A stretch of DNA of 64,000 nt from Endomicrobiales bacterium (GTDB lineage: Bacteria; Elusimicrobiota; Endomicrobiia; Endomicrobiales; CAWCFT01). Shown here in pieces: positions 61,971 through 64,000 of the stretch (position 1 is the first letter of the stretch; each line of letters begins with the position of its first letter). The notes under the pieces are model-generated. The model searched no databases, had not been told where the DNA came from, and was given only the letters and a program-made list of their open reading frames with translations. The stretch covers positions 192,001-256,000 of the forward strand of contig CAWCFT010000004.1 in the NCBI GenBank assembly GCA_963794945.1. The letters run 5' to 3'. A program made the position numbers and the translations under genes.

Positions 61971-63667
61971 TTAGACCGCTGCCGATGTGACGGACAGAAC
62001 TTCTTCTATCGTGGTTATGCCCGCAATGAGTTTATCTATCGCGACTTCGCGCAGAGTCCTCATGCCTTCTTTCGCTGCCTGCTGCTTTATTATTAAATCG
62101 CCTTCGCCTGAGAGTATCATCTTTTTTATATTGCTGGAAAGCTTCAGCACTTCATTAACGGTCGTTCTTCCCCTGTAACCGGTGCCGTAACAGGCGTCGC
62201 AGCCGGCCCCGTGGCAGAACTTTATCCACCGCTTTCGAGGTTGAGCCTGTCAAGCAGGGCCTGCGGTATCTCAACTTCCCGTTTGCAGTTGGGGCATATT
62301 TTGCGCATAAGCCTCTGCGCTATGACAAGGTCAACTGCATCCGCTATAAGTATGGGCTCGATGCCCATGTATGACAGGCGGCTGAGCGAGCTTACCGCGT
62401 CGTTGGTGTGCAGTGTTGACAGGACAAGGTGGCCCGTGAGCGCGGCCTGGATTGCGATTTCGGCGGTTTCCTTGTCGCGGATTTCGCCGACCATAATTAT
62501 GTCCGGGTCCTGCCTCAGCACCGAGCGCAGGACACCCGCGAACGTAAGGCCTATGGTTGGCTTAACCTGTACCTGGTTTACCCCTTTTAGTTCATACTCA
62601 ACGGGGTCTTCAGCGGTAACTATGTTCTTGTCCGGAGTATTTATAAAATTGAGCCCCGTGTAAAGCGTAGTAGTTTTTCCGCTGCCGGTGGGGCCGGTAA
62701 CAAGTATCATACCGTAGGGTTTCTGAAGGGCTTCCTTGAACTTTTCGGAATCTCCCGGAGAGTACCCGAGGTCGTTTATGGTCAGCGATATGTTGGTCCT
62801 GTCGAGCACCCTCATGACGACCTTCTCGCCGTAAAGCGTTGGTAGCGTCGAGACACGGACGTCGATCTTTTTATCACTAATTTTTATTTTGCATTTTCCG
62901 TCCTGGGGAAGCCGGCGTTCTGAGATATCGAGGTTAGCCATGATCTTGATCCTCGACACTATGGCTGAATAAAATTTTCTGGGAGGCGATGTTGATTCTT
63001 TAAGCCTGCCGTCAAGCCTCATTCTAAGAGAGACCCCATTTTCTTCGGGTTCTATGTGTATATCGCTTGCTCCCTTTGTCACGGCTTCATACAGCAGTGC
63101 GTTTACATATTTTATAACCGGGGCCACGTCCGCGGCCTCCACATCGTTCCCCGATATCTCTTCCGATTCCTTTATCTCACTGACAGCGTCGCCGGCGGCC
63201 TCGTTAGCATTTATGAACCCGCCTGCGTACAGTTTCTCGATGGACTCCCTGATCTCTTTTTCAGAAGAAAGCACCACCGAAACTTTCAGCCTGGTCTCCG
63301 CTTCCACGTCATCTATAGCCGCCATGTTCGAAGGGTCGGCCATCGCTACCTTTAGCGTGTTATCGTTCTTTGAAATTGGCACCAGCAGGAATCTTCTTGC
63401 TGTTTTCTCGGGGATTATCTTCAGAAGGTTTTCGTCGATCTTCAACTCATTAAGCTTCATGAGCGGTATCCTGAACGATTCGGCGAGGGATTTAAGGAGG
63501 TTTTCTTCGGTTACAAAACCATGCTTTAAAAGCAGGGTCCCTATATTTTCTTTAGTTGACTGCTGCTCTAAAAGCACTTGCTTTAACTGTTCCTTGGTAA
63601 TATGGTTATTCGCGAGAAGTATTTCGCCAAGATATTTTTTTCTAAGAGGCGCTATAGCCATGAACAT
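61971..63667 (-). CDS. pilB: Pilus assembly ATPase (PilB/GspE); frameshift near 62225
   Basis: LGEIL N-domain, RRLPQDG, GPTGSGKTTT, LRQDPD, CPNC | GCDACYGTGYRGR...TTIEEV. Confidence 0.95.
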
Positions 63668-63874
63668 GCTCCGTATTCAGGCGTTGAAAACACTACAATA
63701 CCGCGGCAGTGCCCGGCATATTCGCAAACAATAAAATTAAATCGTTTCAGAGTGTTATTAATGGGTAAAAACGAAGGAAAAAAGGCGTATTTTTTTGTAT
63801 TTGTCATTTGGAGTTGAAAAACAGGCTAGTTTTGATTTAATTAGCCTGGCTGCATAATTGTTTTCTTGTTTATA

Positions 63875-63904
63875 ATTATATAACATAAAATCTAAAATTG
63901 TCAA
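63875..63904 (-). promoter_or_regulatory. Candidate sigma70 promoter of the pil operon
   Basis: TTGACA-N18-TATAAT; a divergent TTGACA-N17-CATAAT lies at 63943-63971. Confidence 0.55.
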
Positions 63905-64000
63905 TGATTTTTCATGGATTTTAATTAGAATTCACATTGTTCTTGACAACTGACCAGAAATTATACATAATTATTAAGTAACTTTTAATAAATAAGTCAG

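Noticed and set aside
541..63817. Numerous antisense and overlapping ORFs in the six-frame track
   Set aside because: Shadow frames of well-supported genes with no independent motifs.

Overview
Chromosomal window from a diderm, probably anaerobic bacterium of about 45-50% GC by eye. Gene content is compatible with an Elusimicrobiota-like organism, but that is only an inference. Most genes are on the minus strand. 1-22 kb is accessory: a P-type H+-ATPase, envelope proteins, UppP, redox/efflux genes with a MarR regulator, and an orphan ParB followed by an AT-rich pair of HEPN-like genes bracketed by short direct repeats. 23-48 kb is mostly core: nadK, recN, a four-subunit 2-oxoacid:ferredoxin oxidoreductase, glyQS, recO, two CNNM/CBS genes, ybeY, an HD-domain gene, phoH and aspS. 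An AT-richer GT2 / B12-radical-SAM / methyltransferase / GT-C cassette is inserted after glyS. 49-64 kb is a complete type IV pilus locus ending in a TMTC-like glycosyltransferase. About 16 genes, including the essential aspS, carry small indels, most likely long-read sequencing errors. Intergenic DNA is crowded with nested palindromic elements and MITE-like units. The most striking features are (i) a four-helix-bundle gene enclosed by inverted heptamer arrays, with a near-identical gene-less copy 2 kb away and more distant relatives elsewhere, (ii) the ParB/HEPN cassette island, and (iii) a palindromic repeat translated in frame inside ParB. No rRNA, tRNA, CRISPR array, integrase or transposase gene was seen.
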